In this document: in pieces, positions 51,967-60,787 of the stretch
Position numbering within the stretch: position 1 is the stretch's first letter
Layout of the letters: each line of letters begins with the position of its first letter
Assembly (NCBI GenBank): GCA_963754305.1
Contig: CAVWFR010000011.1
Location: forward strand, 88,710-152,709
DNA: 64,000 bases
Source of the DNA: an uncultured beta proteobacterium
Lineage (GTDB): Bacteria > Pseudomonadota > Gammaproteobacteria > Burkholderiales > SG8-39
Reading direction: 5' to 3'
Position numbers and translations under genes: made by a program
Notes under the pieces: model-generated
Told to the model about the DNA's origin: nothing
The model's input: the letters and a program-made list of their open reading frames with translations, nothing else
Databases searched by the model: none

Positions 51967-53270
51967 TTCGCGAGGACCTTCTGCGGCAGCCAGGTCACGA
52001 TCTGCGGAAACACCGCCATGATAACCACCGCGACGATGAGGAGGATGAAGAACGGCAGCGTCGAGCGCGCGATGTACATGCTGTCCTTGCCGGTCATCGC
52101 CTGCAGCACGAAGAGGTTGAAGCCGACGGGCGGGCTCAAGGTCGACAGCTCCGTCATCACGACGATGAAGATGCCGAACCAGATCGGATCGAAACCCGCG
52201 CTCAGCACCATCGGCAGGACGATCGATGTCGTGAGCAGGATCATGGCCACGCCTTCGAGCGCCGTGCCGAGCAGCAGGTAGACCGCGCACAGGACGGCGA
52301 TGAGCGTGTAAGGGTGCAGCTGCATGCCCCCGACCCAGGCCGCGAGCGCCTTCGGGATCCCGGTCAGCGCCATCGAGACCGAGAGCACGCTGGAGCCGGC
52401 GAGGATGAGCCCGATCATGCAGGTGATGGCGAGCGCGCTGTACGCGCTCTCGACGAACATGCGCCGGGTGAGCGTCCCCGACGCCGCGGCGATCGCGAGC
52501 GCGCCCGCGACCCCCAGCGCGCCGATCTCGGTCGCGGTGGCGAGCCCCGAGAACATGCCTGCGATTACCCCGGCGACGAGCACGAGGCACGGCACGAGGT
52601 GCTTCGTGGCGCGCAGGCGCTCGGCGAAGCTGGGCGTGCCGCCGGCGTCGGCCGGGATCTGGTCCTTGTTCGCGAGCGACCAGACCGCGATGTAGCCGCT
52701 GAAGAGCGCCGTCACGAGCAGCCCGGGCAGGATCCCGGCGATGAAGAGCTTGAGGATCGACACTTCCGCCGCTACGGCGTAGACGATCATGATCACCGAC
52801 GGCGGAATCAGGATGCCGAGCGTGCCCGCGCCGGCGAGCGACCCGAGCGTGATCGGCTCGGGATACCCGCGGCCGCGCAGCTGGGGCAACGCGATCCGGG
52901 CGATCGTCGCGCAGGTGGCGGTCGAGGAGCCCGAGACCGCACTGAACAGCGCGCAGCCGAGCACGTTCACGTGGAGCAGCCGACCGGGAACGCGCGTCAG
53001 CCACGGCGCGAGCCCCGAGAACACGCCCTCGCTGATCCTGCTCCGGAACAGGATCTCGCCCATCCAGATGAACATCGGAAGCGCGGTGAGCGTCCAGTCC
53101 GCGCTGTCGCCCCAGATCGACGTGACCGCCAGCGGTCCCATCGGGGCCGAGCTGAAGAGGCCGATCCCGATCGCGCCGACCAGGAGCAGGGCGAGACCGA
53201 TCCACAGCCCGGCGGCCAGGAACGCGAGAAGCGCCAGCAGCAGGACGAGCGCGATCAGGGTCTGATCCAT
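51963..53270 (-). CDS. dctM: TRAP transporter large permease
   Basis: 435 aa, about 12 TM, typical DctM blocks (LPMFIWMGEIL, GSSTATCATIARIALP). Confidence 0.9.
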   Translation of the reverse strand: MDQTLIALVLLLALLAFLAAGLWIGLALLLVGAIGIGLFSSAPMGPLAVTSIWGDSADWTLTALPMFIWMGEILFRSRISEGVFSGLAPWLTRVPGRLLHVNVLGCALFSAVSGSSTATCATIARIALPQLRGRGYPEPITLGSLAGAGTLGILIPPSVIMIVYAVAAEVSILKLFIAGILPGLLVTALFSGYIAVWSLANKDQIPADAGGTPSFAERLRATKHLVPCLVLVAGVIAGMFSGLATATEIGALGVAGALAIAAASGTLTRRMFVESAYSALAITCMIGLILAGSSVLSVSMALTGIPKALAAWVGGMQLHPYTLIAVLCAVYLLLGTALEGVAMILLTTSIVLPMVLSAGFDPIWFGIFIVVMTELSTLSPPVGFNLFVLQAMTGKDSMYIARSTLPFFILLIVAVVIMAVFPQIVTWLPQKVLAK

Positions 53271-53316
53271 TTACGCCGAGCACCCTGGTTACGGAGTCGG
53301 GGCCATCCCGCCGCAC

Positions 53317-53848
53317 CTATTCGGCATGGGCCGCGGACGATTCCAGCGCGTCCTCGTGCTGCGCGTACACGGGCTGCTCCCCCCGCAGGATCCGGACGAG
53401 CTCGTCGACGAGCGCGATGAGAAGCACCGACAGGCCGCACAGCATCAGCAGCATCGGGATCCACTTGGGGATCGGGATGAGCCCGATCGTGAACTCGCCG
53501 AGCATGCGCGTGGTCGCGATCATGTCCGCCGTATGCCAGACGAGATCGGCGATGATGATCGCCGCGACGCCCGCGCACGCCGCTTCGGCCCGGCGCCGCG
53601 CCCGCCGGCTTCAGGCGGGCGAGCAGGGTGAGCACGCGGACGTGCCCGCCGGCGCGCAGCGTATGCGCGTAGCCGAGAAACACCGCGCCCGCCATCGCGA
53701 AGCCGGCGAAATCGTCGGCCGAGGGCACCAGCGTGCCGGCGAGCCGCGCCACGACCTGCGACAGGGTGAGCACCGCTATCAGCACCAGGCAGACCACTGC
53801 CAGAACGCCGGAGGCGGCATAGACGAAATCGAGCGTGCGCCGGATCAC
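53317..53848 (-). pseudogene. dctQ: TRAP transporter small permease, frame interrupted
   Basis: The N-terminal 85 or so aa (VIRRTLDFVYAASGVLAVVCLVLIAV...HVRVLTLLARLKPAG) are in one frame. The C-terminal part (...AEAACAGVAAIIIADLVWHTADMIATTRMLGEFTIGLIPIPKW...AHAE*) is in another. The switch lies within 53575-53610. Total 532 nt, i.e. 3n+1. GTG 53848 overlaps the upstream stop (GTGA). Confidence 0.7.
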
Positions 53849-54891
53849 GCCGCGCTCCGGCGCGGCTTGTACGCGACGAACGCGGTCCACGGGAAGCGCC
53901 ACGTCGGCCAGTCGGGGGAGGTCGCGCCCGCCGCCTCCTCGAACGCGAGCGCGCGGATCTGCTCGAAACCCGCGTCCTTCAGCTCGGCCGCGACGTCGAG
54001 GCGGTTCAGCGACTCCATGTAGGGCTCGTTGTTGCGCCGCGCGTGGCCGTAGTGGATGAACTCGAGGAACGGATCCTCGATGCGGAAATCGAGATGGACG
54101 ACGGCGCCGCCCGGCTCGAGCAGGCGGTGCGCCTCGCGGAAGGCCTGGCGCAGCGCCGGGGTGTCGAGCTCGTGCAGCACCATCGTCGAGGTCACGAGGT
54201 CGAAGGATGCGTCGTCGTAGCCGGTCCGCAGCAGGTCGGCCTGCGCGTAGGCGAGATTCGGCGCACCGGCGCCGGCCGCTTCGGTGGCGGCGAGCTCGAG
54301 ACACGGCGCGGAGAGGTCGATCGCGACGACCTCGGCCGCCCCGAAGCGCTGCGCGATCGGCAGCGCGCTCTTGCCGAACCCGCAGCCCATGTCGAGGATG
54401 CGGCGCGGACTCCCGATCCCGGCCAGGAAGCCGGCGAAGCGCTCGTGCAGCTCGTACCCTCGCGTCGCGCCGGGCTGGGTGGAGCCAGCGCTCGCCCTAT
54501 AAACGAGGCCCGCGTTCGGACCGGCGACCAGGTTTCCCGGGTGCTGGTGGGTGTCGACGGCGCTGTAGTAGTCCGGTACTCCGACGGAACCGTCCAGGTC
54601 GAGGCGTGCGCCGGCGGGCGGTTGCACGCTCGCGTCGCGGAGCGACACCGTCAACCCGTACCGGCCCGAGTACTTTGCGCGCTGGATGTGCCGCTCGAGC
54701 CAGGCGTAGAACCAGTACAGCGGGCTCGGCGCCATCAGGGCGGCGACCTCCTCCGCCGTCTTCGGCTCGTGCCCCGGATGCACACGCTCGCGGTAGTCGT
54801 CCTTCAGCGCGCCCCAGATCTCCGACATCCAGTAGCGCTTCGCTTCGACCAGGAACCCCTGGAACGCGGCGGTTGAGCGCTCACCGGCCAC
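53845..54891 (-). CDS. Class I SAM-dependent methyltransferase with an N-terminal extension of about 150 aa
   Basis: 348 aa from GTG 54891. ILDMGCGFGKSALPIA (motif I), VVAIDLS, VTSTMVLHEL, LLEPGGAVVHLDF. The track ORF to 55182 is a chimera with the upstream small ORF. Confidence 0.75.
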   Translation of the reverse strand: MAGERSTAAFQGFLVEAKRYWMSEIWGALKDDYRERVHPGHEPKTAEEVAALMAPSPLYWFYAWLERHIQRAKYSGRYGLTVSLRDASVQPPAGARLDLDGSVGVPDYYSAVDTHQHPGNLVAGPNAGLVYRASAGSTQPGATRGYELHERFAGFLAGIGSPRRILDMGCGFGKSALPIAQRFGAAEVVAIDLSAPCLELAATEAAGAGAPNLAYAQADLLRTGYDDASFDLVTSTMVLHELDTPALRQAFREAHRLLEPGGAVVHLDFRIEDPFLEFIHYGHARRNNEPYMESLNRLDVAAELKDAGFEQIRALAFEEAAGATSPDWPTWRFPWTAFVAYKPRRSAA

Positions 54892-55182
54892 GGTTCGCCT
54901 CCACGTCGTTGCGCGAGGCGGCGCGCCCGAGCACCGGCTCGAGCACGTGCCGGACGTAGTCGCGGCGATCGGCGGCGATCCGGGCCTCCGTCGCCGCGTC
55001 GCCCGAGAATGCTTCGACCGCGCCCTCGGCGAGCGTCCCCCGGACGCGAGCAGGTGCTCGAGGACGAGCATCCGCTCGCGCAGGACCTGCAGCTCGGCGG
55101 CGAGGTTGAACACCACGCCCATCAGGCGGTCGATCGCCGGATCCGGAAAGAATGTCTGCTCGGGTGCCGTCGAGGGTTGCAT
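54881..55182 (-). pseudogene. Small conserved-looking ORF (about 100 aa), frame interrupted at a G5 run
   Basis: MQPSTAPEQTFFPDPAIDRLMGVVFNLAAELQVLRERMLVLEHLLAS in frame 1. It continues as GTLAEGAVEAFSGDAATEARIAADRRDYVRHVLEPVLGRAASRNDVEANRGR* after a -1 shift at 55037-55041. Total 302 nt, i.e. 3n-1. Confidence 0.45.
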
Positions 55183-55201
55183 CGGCTGCCTTTCGCGTCG
55201 C

Positions 55202-56209
55202 TTAGCGGCCGGTGGCCTTCAGAAACTGGGCCATGACGGTCTTCGCGTCGTCGTCGGCCTTCTGCAGCCACTCGGTGCGCATCGTCTCGCCGATCTTGTT
55301 CAGCTCCGCCTGCAGCGCGGGCGACGGCTTGACGACCTTCATCCCCGACTCGCCGAGCTTCTTCCGCGCCTCGTCGACCTGCTGGCGGCTCATCTCCCAG
55401 CCGCGCTTCTCGGCGGCGGCCGACGCCTCGAGGATCGCCTTCTGCGCCGTCTCCGGCAGCTTCGCGAATGCCGCCTCGTTCACGAACACCATCTGCTTGG
55501 GCAGCCAGGCGTTGGTGTCGTAGAAGTAGCTGGTGAATTCCCACACCTTGAACACCACCCCCGTCGTCGGAGAGGTGTTGAAGAGCTGGACCGTGCCGGT
55601 GGTCATCGCCTGCGGCAGCTCGGTGATCTGGACGGTCGTCGGCACGGTGTTCATGAGCCGGGCGAGCTGCGAGGTCATCTCGTTGTACGCGCGCTGCCGC
55701 TGGCCCGCGATGTCGGCGAGCGTCTTCACCTCCTGCTTGAAGAAGAAGCCCTGCGACGGCCACGGCGCCGCATACAGGAGCCGCAGTCCCTGCTTCTGCA
55801 TGTAGCCGGTGAGCGCCGGGCGCGAGATCTCCCAGAGCTTCATGCCCTCGTCGTAGTCGCGGACGAGGAATGGCAGGCCGTCGATCTCGAATAGACGCTT
55901 CTCCGACCCGAGGTTTTGCATGAGCTGGGTGCCGAACTCGACCTGCCCGGTCTGCACCGCGCGCTTGATCTCGGGGTTCTTGATCAGCGAGCCGGTGTAG
56001 TGCATGTTGATCTGCACCGCGCCCGCGGTCGCGGCGCGGATCTCGTCGCCCCATTTCGCCATGTTCTGGTTGATGAACTCGGTCGGCGCGTACGCGTCGG
56101 CGAGATTCATGCGGAACTGCTGCGCGGTTGCGCTCGTCGACGCGGCTGCGGCGAGGATCAGGATCGCCGCGGCGAGGACCGCGTTGGTGCCGACACGTTG
56201 CGTCTTCAT
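55202..56209 (-). CDS. dctP: TRAP transporter substrate-binding protein
   Basis: 335 aa from ATG 56209 with a GGAGGT SD. Signal peptide ...AASTSATAQQ. DctP-family layout. Confidence 0.9.
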   Translation of the reverse strand: MKTQRVGTNAVLAAAILILAAAASTSATAQQFRMNLADAYAPTEFINQNMAKWGDEIRAATAGAVQINMHYTGSLIKNPEIKRAVQTGQVEFGTQLMQNLGSEKRLFEIDGLPFLVRDYDEGMKLWEISRPALTGYMQKQGLRLLYAAPWPSQGFFFKQEVKTLADIAGQRQRAYNEMTSQLARLMNTVPTTVQITELPQAMTTGTVQLFNTSPTTGVVFKVWEFTSYFYDTNAWLPKQMVFVNEAAFAKLPETAQKAILEASAAAEKRGWEMSRQQVDEARKKLGESGMKVVKPSPALQAELNKIGETMRTEWLQKADDDAKTVMAQFLKATGR

Positions 56210-56232
56210 TTCGACCTCCTGGAAAGAGACAA

Positions 56233-58293
56233 TCAAGCTGCCCGAGCTGCTTCTTCGCCTTCGTAGATCACCGCCTCGATCGCGCGCGGCGCGACGCAGT
56301 CGCCGATCCGGCGCAGCGGCACCGTGCCGAGCGCACCGGTGAGAGCGTTCGCCACCCGGCCGAGCGCTAGCACCACCGTATCGGCCTCGATCTCCCGTCG
56401 GGTAGCGGGATTCCACACGTCGTACACCGCGACGCTGGCGGCGGCGACCGATTCGACGAACGTCTGCGCGTCGATCGGTACGCCGGCGCGGCGGAGCCGC
56501 GGCATCACGTACGCGCTGTCGTAGGTCCGGTACAGCGATTCGCCCCACCACGGCCGCGGGCTGACGATGCATACGTTCGCACCCCCGTCGGCCGCGAGCC
56601 GCTCGGCGAGCCCCGCCGCGAGATCCTCATAGCCGTCGTCGACGATCACGACGTCCCGGCCGAGCGCCGCCGGGTCGCCCGCGGCGCGCTCGATCGCCTC
56701 GTCGATCCCCACGACGTGCGACGACGCGGCGCCCGGGATACCGGCGCGCTCGGGGCGGTAGGCGCTGTAGCCGGATACGTCGAAGCGCGCGCCGATCGCC
56801 ACCACCGCGAGCTCGAAGCCGAGCGCCGCGAAGTCGGCCGGTATCGGCTGCTCCGCCAGGCGCAGCGGAACACCGGCGGCTTCGAGCGGCCGCACGAGAT
56901 TCCCGATCGCATCCGCCCAGCGCCCGCGACCCGGCAGCGATGCGAGCGCGCGGAGACGGCCACCCGGCGCGTCGCGCCGCTCGAAGACCGTCACCGCGTG
57001 ACCGCGCGCGGCGGCAGTGCCGGCAAAGCGTAGGCCCGCCGGCCCGGCGCCGATCACGCCGATCCGCTGCGGCCGCTCGCCCCGTCCCAGTGTCCCCTTG
57101 CCCCACACGGCCTCGCGCCCCAGCGCCGGATTCACCGCGCACACGACGTCGTTGTTCTCGCCGAGGCGACGGATGCAGACGTTCGCGCCCACGCAGCGCG
57201 TGATGTCGCTCTCGCGCCCGGCGAGCGCCTTGGCGACGAGCTCGGGGTCGGCCATCTGCGCGCGCGTCATGCCGACCATGTCGGCGGCCCCGGACGCGAC
57301 GATGCGCGACGCGGTCGCGACGTCGAGGATCCGCCCGACGACGAAGATACGGGCGTCGCCGGAGAGCGCCGCTTTCGCCCGCGCTGCGGCAGGCGCGAGG
57401 AACCCCGACGGCAAGTCGGTCGTCATCGGCGTCACTGCGATGTGCTTCGCGAAGTAGCCGCCGGCCGACAGATCGTAGAAATCGAAGAGGCCCGCCGCAG
57501 CGAAGAGCTCGAGCTGGCGCAGGAACTCCGCTTCCGTGATGCCGGCGCCGTTCGCCAGCCGCTCGTCGACGCTCAGCCGTAGCCCGACTGCGAGCCGGTT
57601 GCCGACCGCTGCCCTGACCGCGGCGCCGATCTCGAGCACGATCCGGGCGCGGTCGGCGGTCGCCCCGCCGTAGCCATCGGTCCGGTGGTTGAAGGCCGGT
57701 GAGAGGAACGCGCCGAGGAGCTGGCTGTGCGCGGCGTGGATCTCGATGCCGTCGCAGCCCGCCTCGGCTGCATGCGTCGCCGACAGTGCGAACCCGTCGA
57801 CGACGGCGCGGACGTCGTCGGCACTCATCTCCGCCGGCTGCTCGTGAAACTGGGTCGATGCGACCGGCGATGGCGCCCACAGCGGCCGCCACTCGTCGAT
57901 GTACATCGTGCCGGAGCCCTGGGCCCCGCCGCAGAAGAGCTGCACGACGAGCTTCGCATCGTGCGCGTGCACCGCATCGGCGAGCTTGCGGTACCCGGCA
58001 ACCGCCCGCGGATCGTACCCGCGACAGCCTTGCCGGTAGTTCGCCCCCGAGGGATGCGCCGCCTGCTGCTCCGTGACGAGCAGCGCGGCGCCGCCGGCGG
58101 CCCGCTCGCGGTAGTAGTCGATATGCCGCTGCGAGAGCACGCCGTCCACCCCGTAGAGCAGCGTGTGTCCGGTGATCATCACGCGGTGGCGCACGCGCAT
58201 CGAACCGATCTGGAGCGGCGTCCAGAGCGCTTCCTCCGAAGCTGCACCCCGCGCCGATCCGGGCGTGGCAGCCGAGCGTCCGATCTCTCCCAT
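56233..58293 (-). CDS. OYE-type FMN / FAD-NAD(P) oxidoreductase, copy 2 (Fe-S motif degenerate)
   Basis: 686 aa from ATG 58293. IEIHAAHSQLLGAFLSP, IGVIGAGPAGLRFA. The cluster region reads CVGANVC-x11-C instead of CxxCxxxC-x11-C. Confidence 0.85.
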   Translation of the reverse strand: MGEIGRSAATPGSARGAASEEALWTPLQIGSMRVRHRVMITGHTLLYGVDGVLSQRHIDYYRERAAGGAALLVTEQQAAHPSGANYRQGCRGYDPRAVAGYRKLADAVHAHDAKLVVQLFCGGAQGSGTMYIDEWRPLWAPSPVASTQFHEQPAEMSADDVRAVVDGFALSATHAAEAGCDGIEIHAAHSQLLGAFLSPAFNHRTDGYGGATADRARIVLEIGAAVRAAVGNRLAVGLRLSVDERLANGAGITEAEFLRQLELFAAAGLFDFYDLSAGGYFAKHIAVTPMTTDLPSGFLAPAAARAKAALSGDARIFVVGRILDVATASRIVASGAADMVGMTRAQMADPELVAKALAGRESDITRCVGANVCIRRLGENNDVVCAVNPALGREAVWGKGTLGRGERPQRIGVIGAGPAGLRFAGTAAARGHAVTVFERRDAPGGRLRALASLPGRGRWADAIGNLVRPLEAAGVPLRLAEQPIPADFAALGFELAVVAIGARFDVSGYSAYRPERAGIPGAASSHVVGIDEAIERAAGDPAALGRDVVIVDDGYEDLAAGLAERLAADGGANVCIVSPRPWWGESLYRTYDSAYVMPRLRRAGVPIDAQTFVESVAAASVAVYDVWNPATRREIEADTVVLALGRVANALTGALGTVPLRRIGDCVAPRAIEAVIYEGEEAARAA

Positions 58294-58319
58294 CGCGCCG
58301 AGACCGAGGTCGGGGCGAT

Positions 58320-59048
58320 TCAGGCGGCGTGAGCCGGCGTCTTGGGTGCCGTACGCGCGGGAACCGCCGCGAGCCGCGCCAGCACCTCGCGCGCCGGCGC
58401 GACATCGGCGTACTTCTCCGACATGTCGAAGAGGTTCACCGCGTGCGAGACCTGGCTGCGATCGTACACCGCGTCCTCCGCCACCAGGACGCGGAAGTTG
58501 AAGGCGAACGCGTCGACGACGCTGCCGCGCACGCACCCGCTCGTGGTGCAGCCGGTGACGACCAGCGTGTCCGCTTCGAGATCGATCAGATGGCTCACGA
58601 GCGGTGTCGCGAAGAACGCGCTCGGATGCTTCTTCGGGATGAGGATATCGCCCGGGTGCGGCGCGATCTCCGCGACGAAGTCGTAGCCGCGCTGCGGGAT
58701 CGTCATGATCGCGGGCACCTTCTCGGCGAGACGGCCGCCGTCGGTCGCCTGCTTGGGCGCGACGTGCGGGTAGAGAACCGGCCAGCGGCGCTTCCGGAAC
58801 TCGGCGAGCAGCACCTGGATGTTGCGCACCGCGGCCCACGCCACCTCGCCGCAGCTCGTCGGGAACTCCTTGATCGATTCCCAGAACGGCTTCGGCACCG
58901 TGCCCACGGTCCGGTACTGGACGTCGATGATGAGCAGCGCCGGACGCGAGCCGACGCCGCCCGGGCGGCCGAAGCCCGCGGCGCGGTAGGCCCGCTGCTC
59001 CTCCTCGCTGATGATGCCGTCCCAGGGTCGCTTGGCGTCGGGCTGCAT
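58320..59048 (-). CDS. Isochorismatase-family cysteine hydrolase (amidase-like)
   Basis: 242 aa. D-K-C triad context: LLIIDVQ, IPKKHPSAF, VVTGCTTSGCV. Confidence 0.85.
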   Translation of the reverse strand: MQPDAKRPWDGIISEEEQRAYRAAGFGRPGGVGSRPALLIIDVQYRTVGTVPKPFWESIKEFPTSCGEVAWAAVRNIQVLLAEFRKRRWPVLYPHVAPKQATDGGRLAEKVPAIMTIPQRGYDFVAEIAPHPGDILIPKKHPSAFFATPLVSHLIDLEADTLVVTGCTTSGCVRGSVVDAFAFNFRVLVAEDAVYDRSQVSHAVNLFDMSEKYADVAPAREVLARLAAVPARTAPKTPAHAA

Positions 59049-59078
59049 GGCGGTCCTCGATTGCTGTTCAGCGCCGCT

Positions 59079-59951
59079 TCAGGCGCCGCGATACCGGTCC
59101 TCGAGCGCGGTGAATCGCGGCAGATCGACGAGCGCCTGCCGCGCCTCGAACGAGATGATCTGCTCCTCGGCGCCGGCGAGCGAGCCGTGCGCCTTGAGAT
59201 GCCGCATCGCGTGCGTCATCGCGAGCATCGCCGCCTGCAGCGCGGCGTTGGCGTAGAGGATGCCGGCGAACCCGAGCCGGCCGAGCTCCTCGTGCGGGAG
59301 CATCGGGGTCTTGCCGCCGAACACGATGTTGCAGAGGTGAACGCCGGGGACCGCGGCGGGGATCCGCGCGAGCTCAGCGACCGACTGCGGCGCCTCGACG
59401 AACAGGACGTCGGCGCCCGCCTCGCGGTACGCGGCCGCCCGCTCGAGCGCGGCGTCGAAGCCCTCGACCGCGCGCGCGTCGGTGCGCGCGATGACGAGAA
59501 GCCCAGAGTCGTGGCGCGCGTCGAGCGCCGCCTTGATCTTCTGCACCATCTCGGCGGCGGGGACGACGTTCTTGCCCTCGAAGTGGCCGCAGCGCTTGGG
59601 AAACACCTGGTCCTCGAGCTGCAGCGCGCTCGCGCCGGCTTGCTCGAACAGCCGCACGGTGCGCCGCAGGTTGAGCGCGTTGCCGAAGCCGGTGTCGGCG
59701 TCGACGATTAGGGGAACGGTCACCGCCTCCCTGATCGCTGCGACGTGGGCCGCGACCTCGGTCGAGGTGGTCAGCCCGAGATCGGGCGCGCCCAAGTAGG
59801 CGTTCGCGATGCCCGCGCCGCTCACATAGACGACCGGGAAGCCCGCCGCTTCGACGATGCGGGCCGTGAGCGCGTCGGGCGCGCCCGGAATGATCGTCCC
59901 GGAGCCGGGCGCCAGATGCTTGCGTAAAGCGTCGTGCAACGGGTTCGACAT
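59079..59951 (-). CDS. Isocitrate lyase/PEP mutase superfamily lyase (methylisocitrate lyase-like)
   Basis: 290 aa from ATG 59951. IVDADTGFG, LEDQVFPKRCGHFEGK (the K-R-C-G-H signature), IARTDA. Confidence 0.85.
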   Translation of the reverse strand: MSNPLHDALRKHLAPGSGTIIPGAPDALTARIVEAAGFPVVYVSGAGIANAYLGAPDLGLTTSTEVAAHVAAIREAVTVPLIVDADTGFGNALNLRRTVRLFEQAGASALQLEDQVFPKRCGHFEGKNVVPAAEMVQKIKAALDARHDSGLLVIARTDARAVEGFDAALERAAAYREAGADVLFVEAPQSVAELARIPAAVPGVHLCNIVFGGKTPMLPHEELGRLGFAGILYANAALQAAMLAMTHAMRHLKAHGSLAGAEEQIISFEARQALVDLPRFTALEDRYRGA

Positions 59952-60000
59952 GGGCGATTCCGGCGCGGCGTTGCGGGCGGCTTGACTCGACCGGAGATCA

Positions 60001-60023
60001 GTGTATACAGTGCACAGTACACA
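60001..60023. promoter_or_regulatory. Cluster of GT-Nx-AC palindromes in the GntR/lyase divergent intergenic region (candidate GntR operator)
   Basis: gTGTATACAGTGCACAGTACaca contains the perfect palindromes TGTATACA and GTGCAC plus GTAC, in a locally AT-rich stretch. It is followed by gcgcttttttc. Confidence 0.4.
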
Positions 60024-60088
60024 AAGCAAGCGCTTTTTTCGGACTCCACCCGCTGGCTCCGCCTGGTTCAACCCGTCGCCGAGGATCG

Positions 60089-60787
60089 ATGCCCCGCACC
60101 CCGTTGCGCCCGATCGAACGCTCCGCCTCGCTCGCCGAACAAGTCTACGAGACGCTCCGTGAGCGCCTGCGCTCGGGCGCGATGTCCTGGGACGAGCCGC
60201 TGCGCGAAGTGGCGCTCGCGACCCAGCTCGGCGTGTCGCGCACGCCGGTGCGGGAAGCGCTCGCCCGGCTGGCGAGCGAAGGGCTGATTCGGGTCGGCGG
60301 GCGCAGCTTCGCCGTCCCCGCGCTGAGCGAGGAGGACATCGAGGAGATCTACGACCTGCGCGTGCTGCTGGAAACCGAGGCGATCCGTCAGGCGGCCGCC
60401 GCCCCGGAACGCGACGGTCCGGTGGTGGCGATCCGCCATGCGCTCCGCGCCGCCGAGGCCGCGCACGCCGCCGGCGACGCGAAGCGCTTCATCGCCGCCA
60501 ATCGCGAGTTCCGCGGCGCATGGCTCGCGCTGGTCGCCAACCGGCGCCTGGTGCAGGCGGTCGAGCTGTACGCGGATCACGTGCGCGCGCTGCAGCGCTC
60601 GACGCTCGGCGATCCGGCACGCCAGCGCGTGGTGCTCGCCGGCATGAAGGCGATGCACGACGCCATCCAGGCCCGCGACGGCGCGGCGGCGGCGCGCGCG
60701 ATGCGGCACTACCTCGGCGTCGCGCGCAACGCGATGCAGGAGGTCGCCGGCCTCCGGGCGCAGGCACGAAGCGTCGCCGCCGCGTGA
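60089..60787 (+). CDS. GntR-family transcriptional regulator (FadR/FCD-type C-terminal domain)
   Basis: 232 aa. Winged HTH ...EVALATQLGVSRTPVREALARLASEGLI..., helical FCD-like C-terminus. Confidence 0.9.
   Translation: MPRTPLRPIERSASLAEQVYETLRERLRSGAMSWDEPLREVALATQLGVSRTPVREALARLASEGLIRVGGRSFAVPALSEEDIEEIYDLRVLLETEAIRQAAAAPERDGPVVAIRHALRAAEAAHAAGDAKRFIAANREFRGAWLALVANRRLVQAVELYADHVRALQRSTLGDPARQRVVLAGMKAMHDAIQARDGAAAARAMRHYLGVARNAMQEVAGLRAQARSVAAA

Noticed and set aside
50323-53316. 997-aa ORF on the minus strand
   Set aside because: Only the last 547 codons (the tandem alpha/beta-hydrolase) are real. The upstream part is out of frame with dctM (51963-53270).
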